NCBI GenBank assembly: GCA_947625635.1
Contig: CANQPA010000002.1
Span: forward strand, 1-63,929
DNA length: 63,929 bases
DNA from: an uncultured Bacilli bacterium
GTDB lineage: Bacteria; Bacillota_I; Bacilli_A; RF39; UBA660
Direction: 5' to 3'
Shown in pieces: positions 27,773 through 36,100 of the stretch. Numbering within the stretch: the first letter of the stretch is position 1; each line of letters starts with the position of its first letter. A model generated the notes under the pieces. The model was not told where the DNA came from. It saw only the letters and a program-made list of their open reading frames with translations, and ran no database searches. A program made the position numbers and the translations under genes.

Positions 27773-27794
27773 AGAAAAAAAGGTATAATCTACC
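27773..27794 (-). terminator. rpsF-ssb-rpsR operon terminator
   Basis: The minus strand reads GGTAGattaTACC immediately after the rpsR stop, followed by TTTTTTTT. Confidence 0.55.
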
Positions 27795-28013
27795 TTATTT
27801 AACAAATGGTATTAAAGCCATATGTCTTGCATATTTTACTTGCGTAGCTATATGTCTTTGATGTTCAGCACAAGCGCCAGTAATTCTTCTAGGTAATATT
27901 TTAGCTTTATCTTGACTTATATATTTTTTTATTACTTCTACGTTTTTATAATCAACATCTTTACCTGCACACATCTGACATATTTTTTTCTTTTTTCTAA
28001 AAAATTCTGCCAT
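27795..28013 (-). CDS. rpsR: 30S ribosomal protein S18
   Basis: ...KICQMCAGKDVDYKNVEVIKKYIS...ILPRRITG. Confidence 0.96.
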   Translation of the reverse strand: MAEFFRKKKKICQMCAGKDVDYKNVEVIKKYISQDKAKILPRRITGACAEHQRHIATQVKYARHMALIPFVK

Positions 28014-28026
28014 ATTTATCCTCCTA

Positions 28027-28512
28027 TTATTCTAAAAAATTATCATCTATTGAAACACTATCTCCAAATTCAGCAAATGGATCATTTTCTACATCAATTT
28101 CATTTTGATGTGGAGTATTATCTTGATAATCATATGGGGTTGTTTCATAATTACCCATTTGTGGTTCTGTTGAAGAAGCTGATGCTACACGTGCTGCCTT
28201 ACTTTCAACAAATTCAAAATTATCTAATGCTACTTCAACTGTATATCTCTTATTTCCATCTCTATCGTCATAACTTCCAGTTTGTAATCTTCCTTCTATT
28301 GCAATTAAGTTTCCCTTATCAAAGTATCTGGAAATTGTTTCTGCTTGCTTCCTCCAAGCAACTACATTTATAAAGTCTGCATCCCTTTTTCCATCAGTAT
28401 TCGTAAAGTTCCTATTTACAGCTACAGTAAATCTTGTAAATGCTGTATTTTGCTGTGTATAACGCAATTCTGGTTTTGCAGTTAATCTACCCAATAATAC
28501 TACTTTATTCAT
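28027..28512 (-). CDS. ssb: single-stranded DNA-binding protein
   Basis: MNKVVLLGRLTAKPELRYT...FINVVAWRKQAE OB-fold, with an acidic C-terminal tip. Confidence 0.95.
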   Translation of the reverse strand: MNKVVLLGRLTAKPELRYTQQNTAFTRFTVAVNRNFTNTDGKRDADFINVVAWRKQAETISRYFDKGNLIAIEGRLQTGSYDDRDGNKRYTVEVALDNFEFVESKAARVASASSTEPQMGNYETTPYDYQDNTPHQNEIDVENDPFAEFGDSVSIDDNFLE

Positions 28513-28523
28513 TATTACACCTC

Positions 28524-28826
28524 TTAGCCCTTCTTATTTATTATTAAATGTCTAATAATATCATTGCTTATCAAAGCTAATCTATCAAATTCTTTTATTG
28601 CTTTATCATCATTAGCTTCAATATTAACTACAAAATAATATCCACTTTTATAAGTGTTATTTCCAACTTTTATTTCATATGCTAAAGTTTTTTGTCCCCA
28701 AGCGTCAACATTTGTAACTTTTGCACCATTAGTTTCTAATGTTTTCTGAAAATTAGATGCTACTTTTTTAATATCATCTTCACTTAATGTTGGTCTTACT
28801 ATAAACATAATTTCATAATTTCTCAT
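28524..28826 (-). CDS. rpsF: 30S ribosomal protein S6
   Basis: MRNYEIMFIVRPTLSEDD. Confidence 0.96.
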   Translation of the reverse strand: MRNYEIMFIVRPTLSEDDIKKVASNFQKTLETNGAKVTNVDAWGQKTLAYEIKVGNNTYKSGYYFVVNIEANDDKAIKEFDRLALISNDIIRHLIINKKG

Positions 28827-28888
28827 AATACACCTCCTTATGGTCTTTGGTTCTTTCGAACAAGGAGTAAATTTCTTACTCGTCTTAG

Positions 28889-28917
28889 ATTATAACAAAC
28901 TTTTTCTCGTTTGTAAA
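28889..28917 (-). promoter_or_regulatory. promoter of rpsF-ssb-rpsR
   Basis: The minus strand reads TTTACA-N17-TATAAT. The leader contains the hairpin GAGTAA-atttc-TTACTC (28865-28881). Confidence 0.6.
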
Positions 28918-28984
28918 CCTTATTTAATTATATTTTTTTAAAATTAGTTTGTGAATAAAAATTCATTTTATTTAAATACTAATA

Positions 28985-29485
28985 ATGGTGAATTATATGT
29001 ATTATTATATAAATTATTTTTTTATTTTATCTATTTTTGGTCATATTATTGAATCATTCTTCTACTCTGGCGGTGATAGTGGCATATTACTAGGTTATTG
29101 GACTCCAATTTATGGAATAGGAAGTATTATTATTTTATTTATATATAAATTTATTGACAAAAATTTCAAAAATAAATTTTTGAAAACTTTGATATTATTC
29201 TTTTCTTGCTCTATTTTATTGTCCTTAATTGAAATTATAGGAGGATATATATTAAAGTGGATTTTTAATATAGAGCTATGGAATTATACTAATCATAAAT
29301 ACAATATAGGAAAATATACTTCTATTGAAATGTCTTTTCTATGGGGATTAAGTAGTATTTTACTTATTTATTTTATTAAACCTATTTTTGATAAATTGAT
29401 TAATAAAATACCTAGATATATTAGCAATATATTCATATTTATATTTGTTATTGACTTAATTGCAACATTAATCGTAAAAAAATAA
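28985..29485 (+). CDS. small polytopic membrane protein (CmpB/DUF1113-like, putative ABC-transporter type IV family)
   Basis: 166 aa with 4-5 hydrophobic helices and the motifs LLGYWTPIYGIG and WNYTN. The family assignment comes from memory of PF06541. Confidence 0.45.
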   Translation: MVNYMYYYINYFFILSIFGHIIESFFYSGGDSGILLGYWTPIYGIGSIIILFIYKFIDKNFKNKFLKTLILFFSCSILLSLIEIIGGYILKWIFNIELWNYTNHKYNIGKYTSIEMSFLWGLSSILLIYFIKPIFDKLINKIPRYISNIFIFIFVIDLIATLIVKK

Positions 29486-29508
29486 AAGTATATACCTTTG
29501 TATATACT

Positions 29509-30612
29509 TCACACATTAAATCTAAAATAACAAATATCTCCATCCTGCATTATATAGTCTTTTCCCTCTAATCTTAATTTTCCGGCCTCTTTTACCATCT
29601 TGTCGTTTCCATATTTTTCTAAATCACTATAACTCATTACTTCGGCCTTGATAAAACCTTTTTCAAAATCAGAGTGAATAATTCCTGCACATTCTGGGGC
29701 CTTCATTCCAGTTTTAAAAGTCCAGGCTCTACATTCATCTTCACCAGCTGTAAAAAATGTTTTTAAACCCAGCAATTTATAAGAAGCTTTTATAAGCTTA
29801 TCTATACCACTTTCATTTATTCCAAGTTCACTTAAAAATGTCTTTTTATCATTAGATTCCATATTAGATAAATCAGATTCTATTTTTGCACATATACTTA
29901 CCACTTCTGCATTATCTTTTTTTGCATATTCTAAAACATTTTCTAAATATTTATTACCTCCGCTAAGTAAATCATCTTCTGAAACATTGGCAACATATAT
30001 TATTGGTTTACTTGTTAATAAGTTGAATGATTTAATATATAATTTTTCATCATCTGTTAGTTCTATTCTTCTGATTGGAATATTTTTTTCCAATGCATTT
30101 TTTAATTTAGTTAAAATATGAGCTTCTTTTTGAATTTCTTTATCTTTAGATAAGGCTGCTTTTTTACCTATTTTATTAAACCTATTATCTACTATTTCTA
30201 AATCAGATAAAATTAATTCTATTTCAATTACTTCTATATCACGTATTGGATTTATATCATTTTCTACATGTATTATATCTTCATTTTCAAAACATCTAAC
30301 TACCTCACAAATCGCATCAACTTCTCTTATATGAGATAAAAATTTATTACCTAATCCTTCTCCATTGGAAGCACCTTTAACTAGACCTGCTATATCAGTA
30401 AATTCAAAAGTTGTTGGTACTAAACTTTTAGGGGTGTATAAATCGTTTAAAAAATTTAATCTTTCATCTGGAACGACTACTACTCCTACATTCGGGTCTA
30501 TTGTAGCAAATGGATAATTTGCAGCTAATATATTTTTTTTAGTTATCGCATTAAACAATGTACTTTTACCTACGTTTGGAAGACCTACTATTCCTGCCGT
30601 TAAGCTCATCAA
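29509..30612 (-). CDS. ychF: redox-regulated ribosome-binding ATPase YchF
   Basis: GIVGLPNVGKSTLFNA...NYPFATIDPNVG...DIAGLVKGAS, with the C-terminal TGS-like MQDGDICYFRFNV. Confidence 0.96.
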   Translation of the reverse strand: MMSLTAGIVGLPNVGKSTLFNAITKKNILAANYPFATIDPNVGVVVVPDERLNFLNDLYTPKSLVPTTFEFTDIAGLVKGASNGEGLGNKFLSHIREVDAICEVVRCFENEDIIHVENDINPIRDIEVIEIELILSDLEIVDNRFNKIGKKAALSKDKEIQKEAHILTKLKNALEKNIPIRRIELTDDEKLYIKSFNLLTSKPIIYVANVSEDDLLSGGNKYLENVLEYAKKDNAEVVSICAKIESDLSNMESNDKKTFLSELGINESGIDKLIKASYKLLGLKTFFTAGEDECRAWTFKTGMKAPECAGIIHSDFEKGFIKAEVMSYSDLEKYGNDKMVKEAGKLRLEGKDYIMQDGDICYFRFNV

Positions 30613-30845
30613 ACCACCTCAATCATTAGTTTACTATAAAATTAGGCAAAATACAATAAAAATACCACTTCAAAAAGTGATATTTTTATTAATATTCCTT
30701 TTATTCTTAAATAGAACTACTCATATGTAATATCTATGGTAATATTACAATTTTATTATAAAGTACTATCTATAAAGAATCAATTAATTATTTTATATTT
30801 TATTATTTTTTTACAAAATTTTCGTAAAAATATGTAAAGTCAAAT

Positions 30846-32531
30846 TTATTTGGCAGGAGACAACACTATACGAAACGCATCACGTGAGTAACCAGAGCCA
30901 TACCATTTACCATATCTAAATATACCTCCATCTTTAGCATTATCAGCAATACCACCTCTATCGAACCATGGTTCACTCAAAGTTGGAAATGAAACTCCAT
31001 CAGAATACCAATGAGCTGTTTCATCTAATGCATGTCCTTTATTTTGTTCATTTAATGAGTTAGTATCTATGTAGCTATCAAAATATTTATCATCTATCTT
31101 AATTGCAAATTTTGCTGAATCTACTTCATTACCATTTTTATCCGTTCCTGCACCCCATACACTTGTATATGCCGTGGATAAATACCCCATTGCATACTCA
31201 TATGCTCCACCACTCATGTCATATATTCCGGATATATTTCCTGTTGTTGAGGCTCCTCCACCACAAGATCCTTTTCCTTCTCCCCTGTCGTTTATATCAT
31301 TGTATTTACATTGTTCTTGTGAATATTCTAATTGACTTGGAGTTCCATTACTCATGCCTGTTATATAATTTTTCGACTTATTTTGATATATTTCTTTATT
31401 ATCATTAGTATATAAATTATTACCATATTTTCCATATTTAGATTGTGAAAGATAAGCCGCCGCTCCCCACTCACTATTCTTTATCAAATGAGAATTTGTC
31501 ATTTGTTGGTTTATTCCAAATATATTATCATCTCTAGACATTGATCTAGATATATAAAACATATCTGACAACTTTTGGGACCTTAGCGAGGAAACGTTAG
31601 GCAATATTCTTATTGCGTCTGAATTACTGCATGTCTCATCTGAACATAAAAAAGAAACATTCTTATTACAACTTGTCTCAAATTTTCCTATCCATATTCC
31701 AGATAATTCTTCACCACCAAACGTAAAGGCCGGATGTGTTAACCATCCTCTTGGTTTACCTGACGTATATGTTGAGTTTCCCTTCTCTTTTGTATTTTGA
31801 TCTACGAACTTTATATCAATTGCTCCTGGTGTTGTTTGACTTGGTGCTGATCCGCCTTCCAACTGTACTCCATACGGATATTTTATGGTGTATGAATATC
31901 TTGGTATCCACACAAACATTCCTAATACATCTGAATCTTGTCCTTCTACTGTTACTATATCTCCTACTTGTTTTGTATCTTTAACTTCGTCTGTTAATAT
32001 TACTGCATTTGCCCACTCTTGTTTACTATAGTCATACCATTTCTCTTTTTCATTTACTATTTTCCAATTAACACCATCATATACTACTGGTGTTAATGTA
32101 TTACCCATTAAATTTGGTATTGGTATATATTCCTCTGTCAATACATATTCACTATCAATACCATCTTTTGTCACATACTTTTCTATATTTTCATATTTTA
32201 AATTTAAAGCTCTTGTTACATTGGTATTATCTACTATTATCATACCATTTATTGGTTTTACTCCATCTACATCTACTACTATTTCCTTCGTGTCACAAAT
32301 TAAATTACCATCTTCTTTTATTTTACATTCACTTGGGTTAAATTCTTCTATTGTATTTATTGATAAAATTTGTTTTTCTATTGCATTTATATATCTGTCT
32401 GCACTAATTAATATACCTTTTTCGTTAGAAATCTTTACTATATTATATACTCTTGGTATTGTTATTAATAATATTACAGCTAATATTACGATTACTGCAA
32501 GTAATTCTATTAATGTAAAACCTTTTCTCAT
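30846..32531 (-). CDS. second prepilin-type N-terminus / FGE-sulfatase-like protein (561 aa), paralogue of 23634-25226
   Basis: The N-terminus is MRKGFTLIELLAVIVILAVILLITIP. Blocks shared with the paralogue include NTLTPV.Y, KWYDY..Q.WANAVIL, MFVWIP.Y.Y, THPAFTFG.E.LSGIW.GKFETS, IRILPNV.SLR, SEWGA.AYLSQSKYGKYGNNLYT, GGGASTTGNI.GIYDMSGG.YEY, DRGG and AFRIV. Confidence 0.6.
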   Translation of the reverse strand: MRKGFTLIELLAVIVILAVILLITIPRVYNIVKISNEKGILISADRYINAIEKQILSINTIEEFNPSECKIKEDGNLICDTKEIVVDVDGVKPINGMIIVDNTNVTRALNLKYENIEKYVTKDGIDSEYVLTEEYIPIPNLMGNTLTPVVYDGVNWKIVNEKEKWYDYSKQEWANAVILTDEVKDTKQVGDIVTVEGQDSDVLGMFVWIPRYSYTIKYPYGVQLEGGSAPSQTTPGAIDIKFVDQNTKEKGNSTYTSGKPRGWLTHPAFTFGGEELSGIWIGKFETSCNKNVSFLCSDETCSNSDAIRILPNVSSLRSQKLSDMFYISRSMSRDDNIFGINQQMTNSHLIKNSEWGAAAYLSQSKYGKYGNNLYTNDNKEIYQNKSKNYITGMSNGTPSQLEYSQEQCKYNDINDRGEGKGSCGGGASTTGNISGIYDMSGGAYEYAMGYLSTAYTSVWGAGTDKNGNEVDSAKFAIKIDDKYFDSYIDTNSLNEQNKGHALDETAHWYSDGVSFPTLSEPWFDRGGIADNAKDGGIFRYGKWYGSGYSRDAFRIVLSPAK

Positions 32532-32555
32532 TATACTACCTCTACTTTCTTTTTT

Positions 32556-32587
32556 ATTATACCATTACCCCCCCCCCTACCTGTCAA
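32556..32587 (-). promoter_or_regulatory. promoter of pilin-FGE gene 2 (TTGACA-N20-TGgTATAAT) with a G10 tract in the spacer
   Basis: -35 at 32582-32587 and -10 at 32556-32561. The spacer is GGTA + G10 + TAATGG. The ATG lies 24 nt downstream of the -10 box. Confidence 0.5.
32568..32577 (-). repeat. homopolymeric C10 (G10 on the coding strand)
   Basis: Counted directly: accattaCCCCCCCCCCtacc. It is the longest G/C homopolymer I noticed in this AT-rich window. Confidence 0.9.
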
Positions 32588-32614
32588 TGACTTTAAACTA
32601 TCAAAAAAAGTAAT

Positions 32615-32634
32615 TGTAGTGGTTGTGTAGTGGT
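32615..32634. repeat. direct repeat TGTAGTGGT x2 with an 11-bp period, upstream of the pilin-FGE 2 promoter
   Basis: attGTAGTGGTtgTGTAGTGGTaaac, about 30-50 bp upstream of the -35 box. Confidence 0.6.
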
Positions 32635-32721
32635 AAACTTAAGTTGATCATTAAAGAATTGTCTATACACTATTCTATTTTTTTCAAATTATATATAATT
32701 TGAAACATAACTTATCAGTAA

Positions 32722-32745
32722 AATAAAAAAAGGATTTTCATCCTT
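32722..32745 (-). terminator. terminator after the AbgT-like transporter gene
   Basis: The minus strand reads AAGGAT-gaaa-ATCCTT followed by TTTTTTTATTTT. The stem overlaps the stop codon. Confidence 0.65.
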
Positions 32746-34243
32746 ACAACGTAATATTTGAGTTTATTCCTATAGGTAATCCAAGCAAATACCATCCTAT
32801 TATTATTACAAGCCATACTAATGATAAAGTTATTATTACTGGCATATTTTTTTTCATTGTATGAAAAATACTAATATTAGAATTTTGCTCATATTTATGC
32901 ATGAACCCTATTGTTATTATTAAGTACACATATATAGGTGAAAATAACTTACCTACAGAATCTGCTGATAAAAACATCATCTGAGTAAAAGCTGGACTTA
33001 TATTTGCTCTCATTAATAACGGTGCATAAATAGGAGCAACTAAATTCCATTTTGTTATAGAATCTGGGATAAATACTGATATTATAACAATTGATATAAA
33101 TGTAATTATAATAAGTAATACCCCCGATATACTACTTGAACCTATAAAATCTATTATATTAGTAGAAATAATAGTTGATATATTCGTCCAATCTATTACT
33201 TCGTACAGTATTGAAACAAAGAATAAAAGTACAAATACGTATCCTGTTCCTTCAAACGTTTTTGTTAATGCATTACTATAATCTCTACTATTTTTTATAT
33301 TCCTTGATACTGTTCCATATATAAACCCACATATCATTAATATTCCTATTACTAAAAACATTAATCCTTGATTTAATGGGGAATCAGCACCAAATAATTT
33401 CCCAATATATGTTGGTTCGGTTTTATCTAAAAGTATTCCTGAATGTGGAAATCCTGGTATTAGACAATACACAAATATTATCATCATTATAATAAAGGCA
33501 GTTAAAGTAATTTTTGACGCTTTTTTAGAAATATTTAAATTATCAGTTTCTTCATTCCTTGGATACTTTTTTGAAAACTTTTCCAAAACGATAGTTCCTA
33601 CTATTGTTAAAATTATTGTAGATGCAATTAAAACAAATATATTAGACAATAACTCATAATTATAATTAGAAGTTATACTCTGAACTGAAAGTTCAGTTAT
33701 ATCTCCTAATTGGTATGCCTGATAATTATAAATTAATCCAGTTCCATATCCTATGGTAATTGCAATAAACATCGTCAATATTCCCAATCTTGAATCCCTA
33801 CCTGTATATTTATATAGTATTCCGGCAATAGGCAATAAAAGTGCATAACTGTAATCTCCAATTATAGTAGATATTATACCTACAAATATAACCAGCATTG
33901 TAATATATTTGGGCTTAAGTTTATTTAATGGAAGAAATAATTGTTTTAAAAGACCACTTGCCTCTAAAATAGATACAGCTATTAGCGATAATATTACGAA
34001 AATCAAAGGTTCTAATGTCTGAAAATTGACAAAAGAATTATTTATGATATATTTTATTCCTGAACTACTAAATATATTGTTAACTATTAATAATGTAGTC
34101 TCAAAACTACCTGGCTCAGTTTTATAACCACTTACTCCTAACAAATGAAGAAAAAAACAAACAACAGATATTATTACTATCATTAACAAAATTTCGACAA
34201 CGGAACCTAATGGTCTTCTATGATTCTTTTTTTTCACACACAT
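32744..34243 (-). CDS. AbgT-family (p-aminobenzoyl-glutamate type) transporter
   Basis: About 12 hydrophobic segments. The N-terminal region ...IKYIINNSFVNFQTLEPLIFVILSLIAVSILEASGLLKQLF resembles the AbgT family. The true start may be the GTG at 34237, which is better spaced from the AGGAGG RBS. Confidence 0.55.
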   Translation of the reverse strand: MCVKKKNHRRPLGSVVEILLMIVIISVVCFFLHLLGVSGYKTEPGSFETTLLIVNNIFSSSGIKYIINNSFVNFQTLEPLIFVILSLIAVSILEASGLLKQLFLPLNKLKPKYITMLVIFVGIISTIIGDYSYALLLPIAGILYKYTGRDSRLGILTMFIAITIGYGTGLIYNYQAYQLGDITELSVQSITSNYNYELLSNIFVLIASTIILTIVGTIVLEKFSKKYPRNEETDNLNISKKASKITLTAFIIMMIIFVYCLIPGFPHSGILLDKTEPTYIGKLFGADSPLNQGLMFLVIGILMICGFIYGTVSRNIKNSRDYSNALTKTFEGTGYVFVLLFFVSILYEVIDWTNISTIISTNIIDFIGSSSISGVLLIIITFISIVIISVFIPDSITKWNLVAPIYAPLLMRANISPAFTQMMFLSADSVGKLFSPIYVYLIITIGFMHKYEQNSNISIFHTMKKNMPVIITLSLVWLVIIIGWYLLGLPIGINSNITL

Positions 34244-34247
34244 CCTC

Positions 34248-34433
34248 CTAAAATTTTGACACTTTTTTTAATTTCTTGTTAAATTCTATTCTTGGCATCA
34301 TTATTGTTCTACCACAATTTATACATTTTATTTTAATATCTGCACCAGTTCTTATAACTTCCCATTCATTTGTACCACATGGGTGATCTTTTTTCATAAC
34401 AACTATGCTTCCAACTTTATATTCTTTATCCAT
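34248..34433 (-). CDS. DUF951 family small protein (YyzM-like)
   Basis: MDKEYKVGSIVVMKKDHPCGTNEWEVIRTGADIKIKCINCGRTIMMPR. It occupies the typical position downstream of spo0J. Confidence 0.8.
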   Translation of the reverse strand: MDKEYKVGSIVVMKKDHPCGTNEWEVIRTGADIKIKCINCGRTIMMPRIEFNKKLKKVSKF

Positions 34434-35214
34434 TATGTACCACCACCTGATTATAAGGTATTACAATTTTATTTTTTTCAAAAGAAAGTATTATTTCTCT
34501 TTTTATTTTTCTATCCAAATTGAATTGCTCTAAATATTTTGATGAAATAACAATTCTAAATTTAATTGAATTATCTGATAGTTCTTGAATACCTAAACAC
34601 GAAATTTCTTTTAAATTAAATTGTTCTTTTAATTTTACACATAAATCATCTAATATTGTCTTTACTTTATCTATATCAGATTCATATGAAACACCTACAT
34701 CTATAATTAAATTAGAAGTTGATAAACTATAATTAATTATTTCGTTAATATTTCTATTAGATATTATCTTAATTTCACCCGTATAAGCTTTTAATTTTGT
34801 AGTTCTTAAATTAGAAGGAATAACTTCTCCTTTAAATCCATTTATAGAAACCCAATCACCAATCGAATACTGTCCCTCAAATATGATTGAAACGCCAACA
34901 ATAAAATCTTTAAGTAGATCTTGTAATGCCAATCCAGCTACTAATCCAACAATACCAAAAGATGCAATTAAAGATTTAGTATCTATTCCATATATTTCTA
35001 AAATTATCAACACAGATATGGTAATTATTATAAATAACACAATATTATTAATTAAATTTACTATTGTTTTCTTTTTGCCATCATTTATATTAGATATTTT
35101 AAAATTAAATATCTTATATACTAACTTTTTAGATAGGATACACAAAAAAATACATATAATTAATATTATAATAGGTGCTATAAATTCTTTTTTTAATATC
35201 ATTTCTAATTTCAT
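34426..35214 (-). CDS. MscS-family mechanosensitive channel
   Basis: TM helices followed by ...LALQDLLKDFIVGVSIIFEGQYSIGDWVSINGFKGEV.... Confidence 0.8.
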   Translation of the reverse strand: MKLEMILKKEFIAPIIILIICIFLCILSKKLVYKIFNFKISNINDGKKKTIVNLINNIVLFIIITISVLIILEIYGIDTKSLIASFGIVGLVAGLALQDLLKDFIVGVSIIFEGQYSIGDWVSINGFKGEVIPSNLRTTKLKAYTGEIKIISNRNINEIINYSLSTSNLIIDVGVSYESDIDKVKTILDDLCVKLKEQFNLKEISCLGIQELSDNSIKFRIVISSKYLEQFNLDRKIKREIILSFEKNKIVIPYNQVVVHNG

Positions 35215-35215
35215 G

Positions 35216-36100
35216 TTATTCCTTTATATTCAATATTTCTAAAATTCTATTTAAATCTGCATTGTTATTAAATGATATCAATATTTTTTTATCATTTATT
35301 TTTACTTTAGTATCTAATTTTTCTCTCAATAATTCTTCTATAAATTTATAATTTGGATCACTAGGTTTAGCATGTCTTTCTATCTTTATTTTTTTATCTT
35401 CCGTAACAGATGATTGTTCCAATTCCCTTACAGGAATCTTTTTTTCAACTATTTCTCTTGCCAATTCTATTATTTTTTGATCATTTTCAAGTTTACTCAA
35501 GACACGTGCATGGCCCATACTTATTTTATTATTTGCAACCATTTCTTGAACTTCTTTTGGTAACCTCAAAAGACCTAAAATATTTGTAATATGACTCCTA
35601 CTCTTACCTACCTTTTTAGATAATTCATCTTGTGTTAAAGACAATTTTTCTAACATTGATTTATAGGCAATGGCTTCTTCTATAGCACTTAAATTTTCTC
35701 TCTGCAAATTTTCAAGCAAAGCTATTTCCATCATTTGTTCATCATTCAAATTACGAATAATCGCTGGAATCTTCACAAGCCCAGCTTTTTTAGAAGCCCT
35801 AACTCTACGTTCTCCCGCTATTATTTCATAACCTTTAATGCTTTTTTTTACAATAATAGGTTGAAATACTCCATGTTCTTTTATTGAAGATGCTAAATCA
35901 TCCAAAGATTCATCATTAAATACTTTACGTGGCTGATATGGATTAGGACGTAATTCCTCTAGTGATATTTCCATTATTTCTTCATTTGTGGCATTTTCAT
36001 AGACTGTTTTTTCAAAACTATTTAAATCTAGATTTTCGGAATTAAACAATTGTTCTAAACCTTTTCCTAAAGCCCTTTTTTTAGTTTCCATTTCTATCAA
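35216..36100 (-). CDS. parB: chromosome partitioning protein ParB/Spo0J
   Basis: ...LRPNPYQPRKVFNDESLDDLASSIKEHGVFQPIIV...YEIIAGERRVRASKKAG...HARVL. Confidence 0.93.
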   Translation of the reverse strand: MIEMETKKRALGKGLEQLFNSENLDLNSFEKTVYENATNEEIMEISLEELRPNPYQPRKVFNDESLDDLASSIKEHGVFQPIIVKKSIKGYEIIAGERRVRASKKAGLVKIPAIIRNLNDEQMMEIALLENLQRENLSAIEEAIAYKSMLEKLSLTQDELSKKVGKSRSHITNILGLLRLPKEVQEMVANNKISMGHARVLSKLENDQKIIELAREIVEKKIPVRELEQSSVTEDKKIKIERHAKPSDPNYKFIEELLREKLDTKVKINDKKILISFNNNADLNRILEILNIKE

